Translations under genes and position numbers: made by a program | Shown here: one piece after another, positions 49,481 through 58,649 of the stretch | Position numbering within the stretch: the stretch's first letter is position 1 | How the letters are laid out: every line of letters begins with the position of its first letter | DNA from: a virus | IMG/VR virus record: IMGVR_UViG_3300030061_003170 | Length of the DNA: 64,000 bases | Direction: 5' to 3' (one strand) | The notes under the pieces: model-generated | What the model was told of the DNA's origin: nothing | Databases searched by the model: none | Seen by the model: only the letters and a program-made list of their open reading frames with translations

Positions 49481-50350
49481 TTAAATTGAAGTCTTTGCTT
49501 GTTCGTATTCTGGGGTAGTTGGTTCTGATAGTTCAGTTGCCAGTTCTCCTTCGAACTTATCAAAATACAACTTCATGTTTGTGATGAGGTAATCAACAAA
49601 AATCTTTTTGTCTTGAGGATCTGTTAATAAATCATAAGCATCAAGTATGTACTGACTAACTTTCTTGTGAGTAGTATAAGCCATGTTTTTACCAGTTTCA
49701 TCCATTTCTTCCAAACCAGAGCCAAAATCATCTTTTTCTTGTTCGGCAGGAGATTTTTCTTTCTCCCCTTCAATGTCCAAATCTTTTGTAGGATCAGGAT
49801 CAACATCAATGTCGATATCCTCTTCCAATTCGATGTCGTCTAAGTTAAGATCATCAATGTCAGCCAACATTTCATCTGATGGACTGGTTGCTTCTTCGCT
49901 ACCACCAGCAAGACCTGTAGGTTCGGCCATTAATGCACCAGAGTCTTGTAGGTACATGTCATTGACAAGTGCCGGCATGAGTGATTGTTTAACAGCATGG
50001 AGCATGTGTGCCCTGAACGAGTCACGTTGTGCTTTTGATGTCGTGAGGCGTTTGTAATCTGTGCGAAGAGTGGTAATCATTTTTTTCAATACATCTTCGA
50101 GAACATTAATACCGGTAGATCGATGAGGATGCATATCAGAGAGGTCACCTTCCTTGAGAAGTGTTTGACGAATAATTTTTCTTAAACGTTCTTCTTGGAC
50201 TAGTATTTCATCTTTTTGAGCCATTCTTCTAGAGATTTTTTCTCTAATAATTTTTCTTAATCGCTGCTCTTGGATAATTTCATCTCTCATTGATTCTTCC
50301 TTTAGTGTATTAAACAATTGCTTAAATGAAGTAACTTCAACTATGCTCAT
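49481..50350 (-). CDS. Acidic protein with duplicated RLRKIIR motif
   Basis: EQRLRKIIREKI and EERLRKIIRQTLLKE. Confidence 0.6.
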   Translation of the reverse strand: MSIVEVTSFKQLFNTLKEESMRDEIIQEQRLRKIIREKISRRMAQKDEILVQEERLRKIIRQTLLKEGDLSDMHPHRSTGINVLEDVLKKMITTLRTDYKRLTTSKAQRDSFRAHMLHAVKQSLMPALVNDMYLQDSGALMAEPTGLAGGSEEATSPSDEMLADIDDLNLDDIELEEDIDIDVDPDPTKDLDIEGEKEKSPAEQEKDDFGSGLEEMDETGKNMAYTTHKKVSQYILDAYDLLTDPQDKKIFVDYLITNMKLYFDKFEGELATELSEPTTPEYEQAKTSI

Positions 50351-51741
50351 TTGAGTAACCTTTTGATAAGTTTTTTATTTTCTTTAAGAATACTGTTGAT
50401 TGACTCTTTAAGATCTTCCCTTGATATAGCACCACTAACAGCACCGCCACTAGAGGTTTCTTCAAGGCCTCTCGACAAACGGTCTGATGCTCGACTAAAT
50501 GCAGCATTCATATATTTTTTAGATAATGTTTCATCGTCTTTAAAGGCAATAAAACCTTCATCTTCCCTTAGTCTGTTCACTATGTCAATAATTTTCTTAA
50601 CAAACGGTTTTTGTCGCTCAGGTGCGCCTCTATTTGCTTTGAATCTCTTCTGCGCTGCTTCAAGGGCCTCTTCGGGTTCACTATTTCCCTGATCGGCTAA
50701 GTACCTAACATAGCCCATAATAGGTGAACTTTTATACTGATGCCCACCTGGTCCCGGGAAGCCAATCTTTTTCAAGTCAGTAGTCCCCCAATAATCTTTA
50801 TTAAAATCTTGTTCAAGTGCGCCTTTAAATCCCTGAGCAATATTGGAAACATCTCTCTTGATCGTTCCTCCAATACCTCTGAGTGTGTCCATAATGCCTT
50901 CTTCAATCTCTTCTTTCTTTGGACACTTGCATTCCTCACCTTTACCTTCACATTCAGGACACTTTATGCCCATCTTTTCCAAGTCAGCATCAGTTGGTGT
51001 ATCACGTCCACTCGAGGTGAGACTTTGGGTGTATAGATCTTCTATTTTTTCGGCAGTTCTTTCTTTCTCTCCGTATTTTAAATTTACATATTTCTTCATA
51101 AAATCGGGATCTACACTATAGGTTACATTGGCTTCCTCGAGTTCTTCACCTCCAGAGGCACTAATAACATCAGCGCGTGTCACTTTGTCCTTTGGCGGCT
51201 CTAGTGCTGCAAGTTCATCCTGTGACAACTTCTTTTCATTAAGGATGTTTGTCTTGATTCCCCACTTCTCCATAAGGTTTTCAAACAATTCTTTGTTTTT
51301 CCATTCTCTAAGTGACATTTGATTCTCCTGTGTCTTTAAAGTATCCTCGTATTCACGAAGATAGTGATTACCTTCAAGCATTGCTTCTTGCTCTAATTCT
51401 TTTAAGGCTTCATTGTGTAAATAGTATCCTTCTCCATGATAGCCTCCAACGTCCAATCTGCCCTCTAAATTCTGTTGATGATGAATTAATTCATGGGCAA
51501 TTGAACGAAGCATGTCTTTTGGATGTCTACCATCAGTGTAAACATGTATCTCAAACGTCTGAGGATCGTAATACGCTGTCTTTCCAAGAGTATTGGGGGC
51601 ATTACTAGGGTCGGAGTCTAAGAAGAGCGTAGGAGGCCTAGAGAAGCCAATCTGATCATCGAAATGTTTGTACATTCCTTGAATATGCTGTTCAAGATCT
51701 CCGAGATCCATACCAGAATTGTTTATAACCTTACAATGCAT
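50347..51741 (-). CDS. N-terminal HExxH metallopeptidase-like domain plus LxE-punctuated tail
   Basis: AYYDP..HPKDMLRSIAHELIHHQQ..EQEA. Confidence 0.65.
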   Translation of the reverse strand: MHCKVINNSGMDLGDLEQHIQGMYKHFDDQIGFSRPPTLFLDSDPSNAPNTLGKTAYYDPQTFEIHVYTDGRHPKDMLRSIAHELIHHQQNLEGRLDVGGYHGEGYYLHNEALKELEQEAMLEGNHYLREYEDTLKTQENQMSLREWKNKELFENLMEKWGIKTNILNEKKLSQDELAALEPPKDKVTRADVISASGGEELEEANVTYSVDPDFMKKYVNLKYGEKERTAEKIEDLYTQSLTSSGRDTPTDADLEKMGIKCPECEGKGEECKCPKKEEIEEGIMDTLRGIGGTIKRDVSNIAQGFKGALEQDFNKDYWGTTDLKKIGFPGPGGHQYKSSPIMGYVRYLADQGNSEPEEALEAAQKRFKANRGAPERQKPFVKKIIDIVNRLREDEGFIAFKDDETLSKKYMNAAFSRASDRLSRGLEETSSGGAVSGAISREDLKESINSILKENKKLIKRLLK

Positions 51742-51748
51742 ACACTAA

Positions 51749-52009
51749 TTAGTCCTTTGAATCCATTTTACGTAACATATGAATTAAGACATTTGTCGAT
51801 ATGTTTTGTCCAAACGGTACTATTTTTGCCATCACAACATACCGGGACCCTTCAGGTATACTAATGATATCTGTTATAGTGCCATAATTGATCACATTTT
51901 CGTAACCATTAGGTCCATAAACAAATTCAGTCCAATAAACTAAGTCACCTATGTCAAATTTTGACACAAATGACTCTCCAAATGAGTTATTTTTAACTGA
52001 ATTGATCAT
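51749..52009 (-). CDS. Small hypothetical protein
   Basis: KFDIGDLVYW SH3-like start. Confidence 0.55.
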   Translation of the reverse strand: MINSVKNNSFGESFVSKFDIGDLVYWTEFVYGPNGYENVINYGTITDIISIPEGSRYVVMAKIVPFGQNISTNVLIHMLRKMDSKD

Positions 52010-52016
52010 AAATAAG

Positions 52017-52148
52017 TTATTTTATAAAGCACAGATAGAATAAAAGACAAATTGAAACAAACTCTGCTCCAAAAACTACGTAGAATAACATTGTTACGAG
52101 AAGCAAAACGGTTAAGGTAAAATAATTTTTTATTTTTTCATCCAACAT
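52017..52148 (-). CDS. 43-aa hydrophobic membrane protein (below ORF-track cutoff)
   Basis: TGATG-coupled; MLDEKIKNYFTLTVLLLVTMLFYVVFGAEFVSICLLFYLCFIK. Confidence 0.45.
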   Translation of the reverse strand: MLDEKIKNYFTLTVLLLVTMLFYVVFGAEFVSICLLFYLCFIK

Positions 52149-52477
52149 CAATTAAATCCTAGCAAAATCACTTCTTCTTTAGGTACTCTGATGATTAAAC
52201 CACTTGCGGCAACATAATGAGAGTATAAATAGTAGTATTTGTCTTCATCTGGGTCTTTCCAAGGCATAACGAAGTATTCAGACCGTCTTGGGACCCTAAC
52301 TGGCTTCTTATCAGTAAAAGAATAGTAGTGACCGTAGCCTTCCCCTTTTATAATTGCCAAAGGAAGCAACTGACCAGTGTCAGAGATGGTAAATGATTGC
52401 ATTTTCGTGGCTAAAGCACGCGGTTTTTTGTAAAGACTCTCTTTGCTTATCTTGTTTAAGAGTTTTTTCTTACTCAC
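52148..52477 (-). CDS. Hypothetical protein (start uncertain)
   Basis: ORF track 52148..52549 trimmed to GTG overlapping the upstream stop. Confidence 0.5.
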   Translation of the reverse strand: MSKKKLLNKISKESLYKKPRALATKMQSFTISDTGQLLPLAIIKGEGYGHYYSFTDKKPVRVPRRSEYFVMPWKDPDEDKYYYLYSHYVAASGLIIRVPKEEVILLGFN

Positions 52478-53699
52478 CGCCGCCACCGTCTCCTCCGCCG
52501 CCGTCTCCGAACGAACCATCAGAAGATGAGGTGTCATAATAGCCTCCATAAGGCCAGTATGCTACTTTACGTCTTCTTTTTTTAGATTTTTTCTTCTTTT
52601 TCTTGCGTTTTTTCTTTTTTTCATCCAAATCATTGGTGATTTTAATTTTTATTTTTCTTTTTTGCTCTTTTTCTTCCTCAAAAACACCAAAACCAACAGG
52701 AGCATTCTCTCCTCGGTTATAATCCTTGACTCTTTTGAGTCCTTGCGCCCCAGTTGACTTAGCGCCCCCCTGTCCGATCAGCGCTTTCTTTTTTTTGGCA
52801 TACCCTTTCTTCATTCTTTTCTGAAAAGTGTACGATTCTTCAAGGGTTGCATCACTTTCATACAGGTCAATGCATCTTTTAAGCAACTCAGTGGCGCCTT
52901 CTTTGGCTTTTATCATGATATGTTCAATATCATGGACATAATATTCAGTATTTTCCTGATCCAGTTGTATCACACCGTCCAATTCATCGCTTGAATAGTT
53001 TGTTCTGCCGAGAAAATAGTGTATTGTTTCATCTTTTCCTCTAAAACTGAACTCTTGTGACTCAATATACTGCAGGTGGACCATTTGAAAACCAATTTCT
53101 TCCCTTACTTCTCTAAAAAACCCATAGTTTGGAGTCTCACCAGAGCGACAGTGGCCACCTGGAACATCCCATTCGCCTGTATCTGCTCTTTTAAGGATGA
53201 TTAAGCGATCATCTGAAGTCTTAACAAAGCCTTTTGACACATTATCGGTGTCTTCAAGCCCTTCATCAGGATACTTGACCACAATATCAAAGTCATCATG
53301 CAGTTTTCTAAAGGCAACTATGCCTTCGTGTTCTTTAGGACAGTCATCAAAGTGTAGAGACGACCCTAATTCGTATAGTTTTTGTGCTTTTAACTGACCT
53401 TCAGTGTAATAAACAGGCACATCGATTTCTAGTTTCTCTAAATATGTGCTAACTGCGAAGCGTGGCTTCTCTAAAGCCTTTCTTCTAGCGGTCACAATCA
53501 AGACAGAGTAACCTTTTTTCTGAAATTGTTTTAAAGTGGCAACCATTTGTTGGTTAATCCCACCAAAACGCCAGTCATCTTCACCTTCTTCGTCAAACAT
53601 TTCGTGATGAAAGACTAAAGTGTTGTCAAAATCAAAGGTGACAACCTTTCCGTTTTTATTTTCGTTAAGATTTTCCATAATTTTTAAATATTTTTTCAT
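52470..53699 (-). CDS. HAD phosphatase-Nudix hydrolase fusion with polybasic tail
   Basis: FDFDNTL, VTAR, HFDD; Nudix box PGGHCRSGETPNYGFFREVREEIG; DEKKKKRKKKKKKSKKRRRK. Confidence 0.8.
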   Translation of the reverse strand: MKKYLKIMENLNENKNGKVVTFDFDNTLVFHHEMFDEEGEDDWRFGGINQQMVATLKQFQKKGYSVLIVTARRKALEKPRFAVSTYLEKLEIDVPVYYTEGQLKAQKLYELGSSLHFDDCPKEHEGIVAFRKLHDDFDIVVKYPDEGLEDTDNVSKGFVKTSDDRLIILKRADTGEWDVPGGHCRSGETPNYGFFREVREEIGFQMVHLQYIESQEFSFRGKDETIHYFLGRTNYSSDELDGVIQLDQENTEYYVHDIEHIMIKAKEGATELLKRCIDLYESDATLEESYTFQKRMKKGYAKKKKALIGQGGAKSTGAQGLKRVKDYNRGENAPVGFGVFEEEKEQKRKIKIKITNDLDEKKKKRKKKKKKSKKRRRKVAYWPYGGYYDTSSSDGSFGDGGGGDGGGGE

Positions 53700-53718
53700 T
53701 TATAAGTCACCTATTATT

Positions 53719-53747
53719 AATATAACACATTTGTGTTAAGTTGTCAA
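53719..53747 (-). promoter_or_regulatory. sigma70-type promoter TTGACA-N17-TATATT
   Basis: Read directly in intergenic gap. Confidence 0.75.
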
Positions 53748-53756
53748 GTTGTTATT

Positions 53757-55247
53757 TTAACTAACTTGGCTAAAATTACCAAAATCAATTATAACTATTT
53801 CTCCGGTATCGTCCTTTACCATCACATTAAGGCTGTGAAGGTCTCTTGGTACCAATCCAACCTCATCTCTAAGGGCAACAAATGATCTTTCAAGCGATTT
53901 TGCTGCTTCTGGCATGTCCTCACGTCTCCCACCGGCAGTGTTATCCAGTGTAGATGAGTAATACCCAGTAGGGATCACTGTAAACTGTCTCGGATACTGA
54001 ACGGCATCCTCAATCATCATGATAATTTCGCTAACCATGTCCTCTCTGTAGGGTAATCTGGCAATTACTTCAACAATTGAAGCAATAACAGCCATAATTC
54101 CAAGTTTTGACACCATTCTGTCGCCATAATCTGAGTTTATGACCCTTTCTGTGTTGTCAATTGCTCTTGCGGTCCTAGGAAACGCCTCTAAAACGTTATT
54201 TTTGGCAATATTGTACCTTGTAAGCATCGCATCGTCAGAAATTCTATCAATATTTACAAAATAATTGTAAAAAACGCCCATTGCGGCATCACGAAAGCCT
54301 TGAGCAATCTTAACTTCCTCTGGACCCATCGCAGACCAGTCTAATTCTGACATTAAGCCTTGATATAGATCAGCAACCATGTCTTCGACCTGTCCTATGC
54401 TGTGTAAAAAGACATTTTCTACTCTTCTATCAACACTAACCTCTCTATCTTGCAGTTGAGGTTCGTCTGAGAGCGGCAATGGTTCATTAAAACCCAAATT
54501 ATCTCTCTGCAAGTAATATTCAAGGCCAGCAAACAGACTATTTACAATTTCTTGAGAGTAAGGACTAGGCTTAACCAGTTCCATGATGACATAACCAAGT
54601 ATTCCATCGTCAATTATCTTCATTCCGCCTTCATAAACCTTTGGAAAGTGCTTTGCAACCTTTTCATTGGCATCTACAGCAATACCTACGTTCTCATAAT
54701 TACTGATTTCCTGCTGTATCTTGAAAGTATCGGCAGATCCTGGTTGGTTTCCAGTCTCACTGCTAAGAATCTTTACCGCAACCACTCCAAACTCAGGGTG
54801 ATTTCCCTTGTAAACGTTACCAAACTTACCAGATGCGATGTATTCGAGGCCAGAAACTCCAATTAAGTTCTCTATCTCCATCGCATTCAACTCTTCTTTG
54901 ATAACTTCCTTTAATTCACCCATGTCTCTTAGCACGGAGGCAACATAAGCAGAAGCCTTTTTTTTAGATAGACCCTTGGTTCGCTTAATGCAACGCACTT
55001 TGCCATCAAAAGTTTTGTTATCAAAACAATCTTTTTTCTTTTCCTCTAGGGTTCCATCTCCATAACCACCACCGTATTCCCAATCGGGTTCATCCCAGTG
55101 AAATGCTTTGGCTTCTAGTTCCAACTCATCTTCCATTACATTTTGAAGACCTTGGTGTTGAGATCTTTCAACATGCCCCGCATGCTCTGCCTCTCCAGAA
55201 TGAATTTTTATCCTGAAATATCCCTTTGTCCCGCTGGTTGAAAACAT
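53757..55247 (-). CDS. Atypical Ser/Thr protein kinase-like protein
   Basis: IASGKFGNVYKG, VAVKIL, QEI, YVIMELV, RDLHSLNVMV, IIDFG. Confidence 0.8.
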   Translation of the reverse strand: MFSTSGTKGYFRIKIHSGEAEHAGHVERSQHQGLQNVMEDELELEAKAFHWDEPDWEYGGGYGDGTLEEKKKDCFDNKTFDGKVRCIKRTKGLSKKKASAYVASVLRDMGELKEVIKEELNAMEIENLIGVSGLEYIASGKFGNVYKGNHPEFGVVAVKILSSETGNQPGSADTFKIQQEISNYENVGIAVDANEKVAKHFPKVYEGGMKIIDDGILGYVIMELVKPSPYSQEIVNSLFAGLEYYLQRDNLGFNEPLPLSDEPQLQDREVSVDRRVENVFLHSIGQVEDMVADLYQGLMSELDWSAMGPEEVKIAQGFRDAAMGVFYNYFVNIDRISDDAMLTRYNIAKNNVLEAFPRTARAIDNTERVINSDYGDRMVSKLGIMAVIASIVEVIARLPYREDMVSEIIMMIEDAVQYPRQFTVIPTGYYSSTLDNTAGGRREDMPEAAKSLERSFVALRDEVGLVPRDLHSLNVMVKDDTGEIVIIDFGNFSQVS

Positions 55248-55267
55248 AAATTACCCTTTAAACACTA

Positions 55268-55274
55268 TAAATAG
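55268..55274 (-). promoter_or_regulatory. Candidate late promoter CTATTTA
   Basis: In 28-bp gap upstream of kinase gene. Confidence 0.55.
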
Positions 55275-55275
55275 T

Positions 55276-56826
55276 TTAACAACCCCAAACTGCATACTCT
55301 ATTTCGATTGTTTGACCCTCTGCTGGAACGTGGCCTTCATTGAAAGTAACTGAATTAGTGACAGAATCATAAGTCCATTCAGATGAGACTTGACCATTGA
55401 CAGTCACGATTATCGTATCTAGTATTGGATCTTCTTCATCTAGTCCGTATGTAACACGGTCAGTTAAGGTAGAACCTAGTGCCTGCAGTTGAGTGCCCCA
55501 ATCAACAGCGCACAATGAATACCAGTCTCCACCATAGTGATTAACAAGATCCCAATAGCCAGCACCAAACTCAATGTTTCTAGGGAACGCATGTACGGTT
55601 GATTGACACCCTGTTGGAGGGTCTCCAATAACAGCATAAGGAACAAACATGCCGGTATCCTTGAGGCCATCGAAGAATTGAAGATAAGTAACCCATGGAG
55701 CAGACCAGTCCTTCTCATCAGAAACAAAAATCACAATGAGCGAAGCCTCGTCCCTAAAAAATTGTGATCCAGGACCGGCAATTGCAGGGTTCGATAGCGC
55801 TTGAAATGCCATCTCTATGCCTTGTTCCATCCCGGCACCCATGATACCTACGTTAACCATATTGGCGAGTGCCATCTCCGGCATAGGCGTTCCATTGTTG
55901 ATAATTCCATGGAGGTAAGGACTAGTAGTTGTTATTACAGACATATTGTAGTCAGGCGCACTAGCAAGAAATGCTTGGAAAAAAGAAAATATTTGATTTG
56001 CCAATAGAGATTGGTAAGGATTCATAGAACCAGAATCATCGATAACCCATAGAATGTCAAGAATCTCAATGGGAGTTTGCTCGTGTCTTTGATAATGCCA
56101 TTGCTCAACGTCACCACTTCCTTCTTGTTCAGCAGTAACCTCAGGACGAATAGGATCATTTGATTCAATAACGACTTCGCTTCGATCCCACCCAACATCA
56201 CTCGGAACATAGGTGACAAGAAAATCAATTTCGGTATCAGGTTCAATCGTCCAAGGAGGCGGAGGCATCGACCCAAAATTTATTTTTATATCAACGGGAT
56301 TGTTTACCATTTGAGATACATTCTCGATAACCAAAGGCATATTGCCATCATTTCGAAGTGTAACTCGCTCCTCATTGTCACAACCTATCGATACATCGCC
56401 ATAATCAAACAGAGACGGCGTTACAGACAAGACGGGGGCATTACCATAGCCTTCCAAGTGAACGCGCACTACAGGCTCATCAGGGTCATTAGATGCAATC
56501 TCAATAAACCCACCATTGGATTCAAATGTCTGGGGAATGTATGATACATCAAATACAAGATGTTCTCCTGGTGCAATCACCCATGACTGTTCCGGAATAC
56601 CACCCAGAGAGAAGCGATCATTTCCCGATACCAATTGAGGAGTCTGGATTGTAAGATCGCGTTGCCCACTGTTAATAACGGCAAACTCTTCCAGTGCGGT
56701 TTCTTCACCGGAGGTGAGATGCCCAAAATTTATATGCTCCGGAAATGCCATGATGTTTTGCACATCAGGTTTTGCGGTTAACGCAATGTCCGAGCACCCC
56801 AGTAAAGCAAGTAAAATCCATAACAT
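55276..56826 (-). CDS. Lipoprotein with two Ig-like (ASH/choice-of-anchor D) domains and a vWA domain
   Basis: Lipobox LLALLGC; repeated xFG..N.G..L.I...F.V.Y.P...I.SNDP; MIDAS DDSGSM and FVSDE. Confidence 0.8.
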   Translation of the reverse strand: MLWILLALLGCSDIALTAKPDVQNIMAFPEHINFGHLTSGEETALEEFAVINSGQRDLTIQTPQLVSGNDRFSLGGIPEQSWVIAPGEHLVFDVSYIPQTFESNGGFIEIASNDPDEPVVRVHLEGYGNAPVLSVTPSLFDYGDVSIGCDNEERVTLRNDGNMPLVIENVSQMVNNPVDIKINFGSMPPPPWTIEPDTEIDFLVTYVPSDVGWDRSEVVIESNDPIRPEVTAEQEGSGDVEQWHYQRHEQTPIEILDILWVIDDSGSMNPYQSLLANQIFSFFQAFLASAPDYNMSVITTTSPYLHGIINNGTPMPEMALANMVNVGIMGAGMEQGIEMAFQALSNPAIAGPGSQFFRDEASLIVIFVSDEKDWSAPWVTYLQFFDGLKDTGMFVPYAVIGDPPTGCQSTVHAFPRNIEFGAGYWDLVNHYGGDWYSLCAVDWGTQLQALGSTLTDRVTYGLDEEDPILDTIIVTVNGQVSSEWTYDSVTNSVTFNEGHVPAEGQTIEIEYAVWGC

Positions 56827-56833
56827 AAAAAAC

Positions 56834-56855
56834 CCTCCTATAGTTAAATAGGAGG
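56834..56855 (-). promoter_or_regulatory. RBS-sequestering hairpin overlapping CTATTTA motif
   Basis: CCTCCTAT-TTAACT-ATAGGAGG perfect 8-bp stem containing the SD. Confidence 0.7.
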
Positions 56856-56890
56856 ACTTTCACACAATTGTCAATTAAGAGGCAATTTTA

Positions 56891-57556
56891 TCATACATAC
56901 TGGCCCGGAGACGTACTGCGTTGATTTTGTTCGATTTGCGCATTTTCGAATCCAACGTAGTATCTATCCTGCTCTTCATCGGTTAAGTCATCAGGGTTAA
57001 TTTCATTTTGACCTTCCATTTTACCACCAGCGGCACCATCAGCCCTACCGGCCATTTCAATATTCAACAAGTGCTCGGCTTCCAACTCTTGCAGTGCTGG
57101 AAGAAGAGGCGAATTAAGAACGCTTTGGATAAATTCGAGTCGTTCCTTTAAATCTTCAATGTCTTCGGGACGATCAAAGGCTAGGTCATAGGACATATCC
57201 ACCATTTGATTATAGTGTCGCTCATCCGTTTCATCCATCAAGGGAGAAAGAAGCGGCTCAACTTGGCTAATGTAACCACCATACGGTTGCAGCAGTTTTG
57301 GTAGCCCACCATTGTCTTCACCTGGGGCACCGTCTAACACATGCTCAAGAGCACTCTCAATAAATTCTTCTTCTTCGGTTATATAGTCATCGAGGTTATT
57401 GATTTGCACCAGTACAGCACTGATTTCACCGATTGCTTGCACGGCACCGTCTGCCATTTGTTTAATAAGATAATATATATTATCTTCTCCTTCATTCATC
57501 ACGGCATCAATCTCTTCCTTGATGATTTGCAATATTTGTTTTTGTGTAAATTTCAT
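56891..57556 (-). CDS. MKFT..IIKEE-leader acidic protein
   Basis: MKFTQKQILQIIKEEIDAVMNE. Confidence 0.7.
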   Translation of the reverse strand: MKFTQKQILQIIKEEIDAVMNEGEDNIYYLIKQMADGAVQAIGEISAVLVQINNLDDYITEEEEFIESALEHVLDGAPGEDNGGLPKLLQPYGGYISQVEPLLSPLMDETDERHYNQMVDMSYDLAFDRPEDIEDLKERLEFIQSVLNSPLLPALQELEAEHLLNIEMAGRADGAAGGKMEGQNEINPDDLTDEEQDRYYVGFENAQIEQNQRSTSPGQYV

Positions 57557-57566
57557 TGTTTATTCC

Positions 57567-57872
57567 TTATATTAATGCGAATGCATCATCGCCGTCGTCA
57601 TCTTTTACCATTTTAATCGCTTCGTTTTCAAGCATTTCTTTAAGTGCTTCTTCAAGTTGTTGTGTGAGTTTTGGTATAGCGGTTGGACTTGGTGCTGGAT
57701 TTCCTGGTGAGTCATCACCATATATTTCATCAAACAATTCTTTGAAAGTAAAATTTCCAAATTGTAATTCATCTTTTATTTCTTGTTCTAGATCCATGTG
57801 ATCATCTTCACTAAGCACGGCGGCGATTTCTTCCTTGATTATTTGCGTTATTTGTTCTAATGTAAACTTCAT
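57567..57872 (-). CDS. MKFT..IIKEE-leader acidic protein
   Basis: MKFTLEQITQIIKEEIAAVLSE. Confidence 0.7.
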   Translation of the reverse strand: MKFTLEQITQIIKEEIAAVLSEDDHMDLEQEIKDELQFGNFTFKELFDEIYGDDSPGNPAPSPTAIPKLTQQLEEALKEMLENEAIKMVKDDDGDDAFALI

Positions 57873-58459
57873 GATAATTCTTTCTCAATTTTGTCGGCAA
57901 GTTTTGGATTAATTTCTCTAAGATCCTGCATGGTAAAATCTAAATCTTGGGGGTTTGGAATTTGTATACTGTTTAGTGATTCTAAAAGCACTTGTGCTAA
58001 TTTTATAATCTCTGGCATTCTAAAATATCTTGGATTGAGATCGCCCGCTGTACCAGGAATCATCGCATCCGAATTCATAAAGAGACCTTTCATATAGGAT
58101 TGCGTTTTTTCATCTACACCAGATTCTTCAATCGCGTATTTCATAGTGTAATCAACCGCATTCGGGAGAAATCGTTGGTCAAAAATATCTAATGCTTTCT
58201 CATTTGCGGGTGGCCTCATTCGTGGGAGGTCTTGTAGAGCGGCTACATCTTTTGTAGGTTCACCCGTGTAACCGGTTTGATCATCAGGCTCAAAATAAGT
58301 TAAAGCGTTAGGGCTTGCTGCATCTGCGAGAAAAAACTTCACCATCATAATAGGAATTATCGGCAACGACGGACCCCTTTGATCGTTCACTTCTTCTCCC
58401 AATACAGCAGCAATTTCTTCTTTGATAATATTCATCACTTGTTCTTGTGTAAACTTCAT
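57869..58459 (-). CDS. MKFT..IIKEE-leader protein
   Basis: MKFTQEQVMNIIKEEIAAVLGE. Confidence 0.7.
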   Translation of the reverse strand: MKFTQEQVMNIIKEEIAAVLGEEVNDQRGPSLPIIPIMMVKFFLADAASPNALTYFEPDDQTGYTGEPTKDVAALQDLPRMRPPANEKALDIFDQRFLPNAVDYTMKYAIEESGVDEKTQSYMKGLFMNSDAMIPGTAGDLNPRYFRMPEIIKLAQVLLESLNSIQIPNPQDLDFTMQDLREINPKLADKIEKELS

Positions 58460-58507
58460 TTAAATCTCCAAAATTTTTTCCCGGAATTTTTCGGGGTTCA
58501 ACATTTA

Positions 58508-58514
58508 TAAGTAG
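58508..58514 (-). promoter_or_regulatory. Candidate late promoter variant CTACTTA
   Basis: Upstream of the three-gene MKFT block. Confidence 0.4.
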
Positions 58515-58649
58515 TGGCTTTAAACACAAAAAAACGGCTCTTAACCCAAATGAGTTAAAAACCGAAATCTGGCAAAATTTCTTAGCGATGTTGAATGTAC
58601 CTCCGCTGCGCTACGGCCCGCGACCCTATTGTAAGTACTTATTTCGGAC

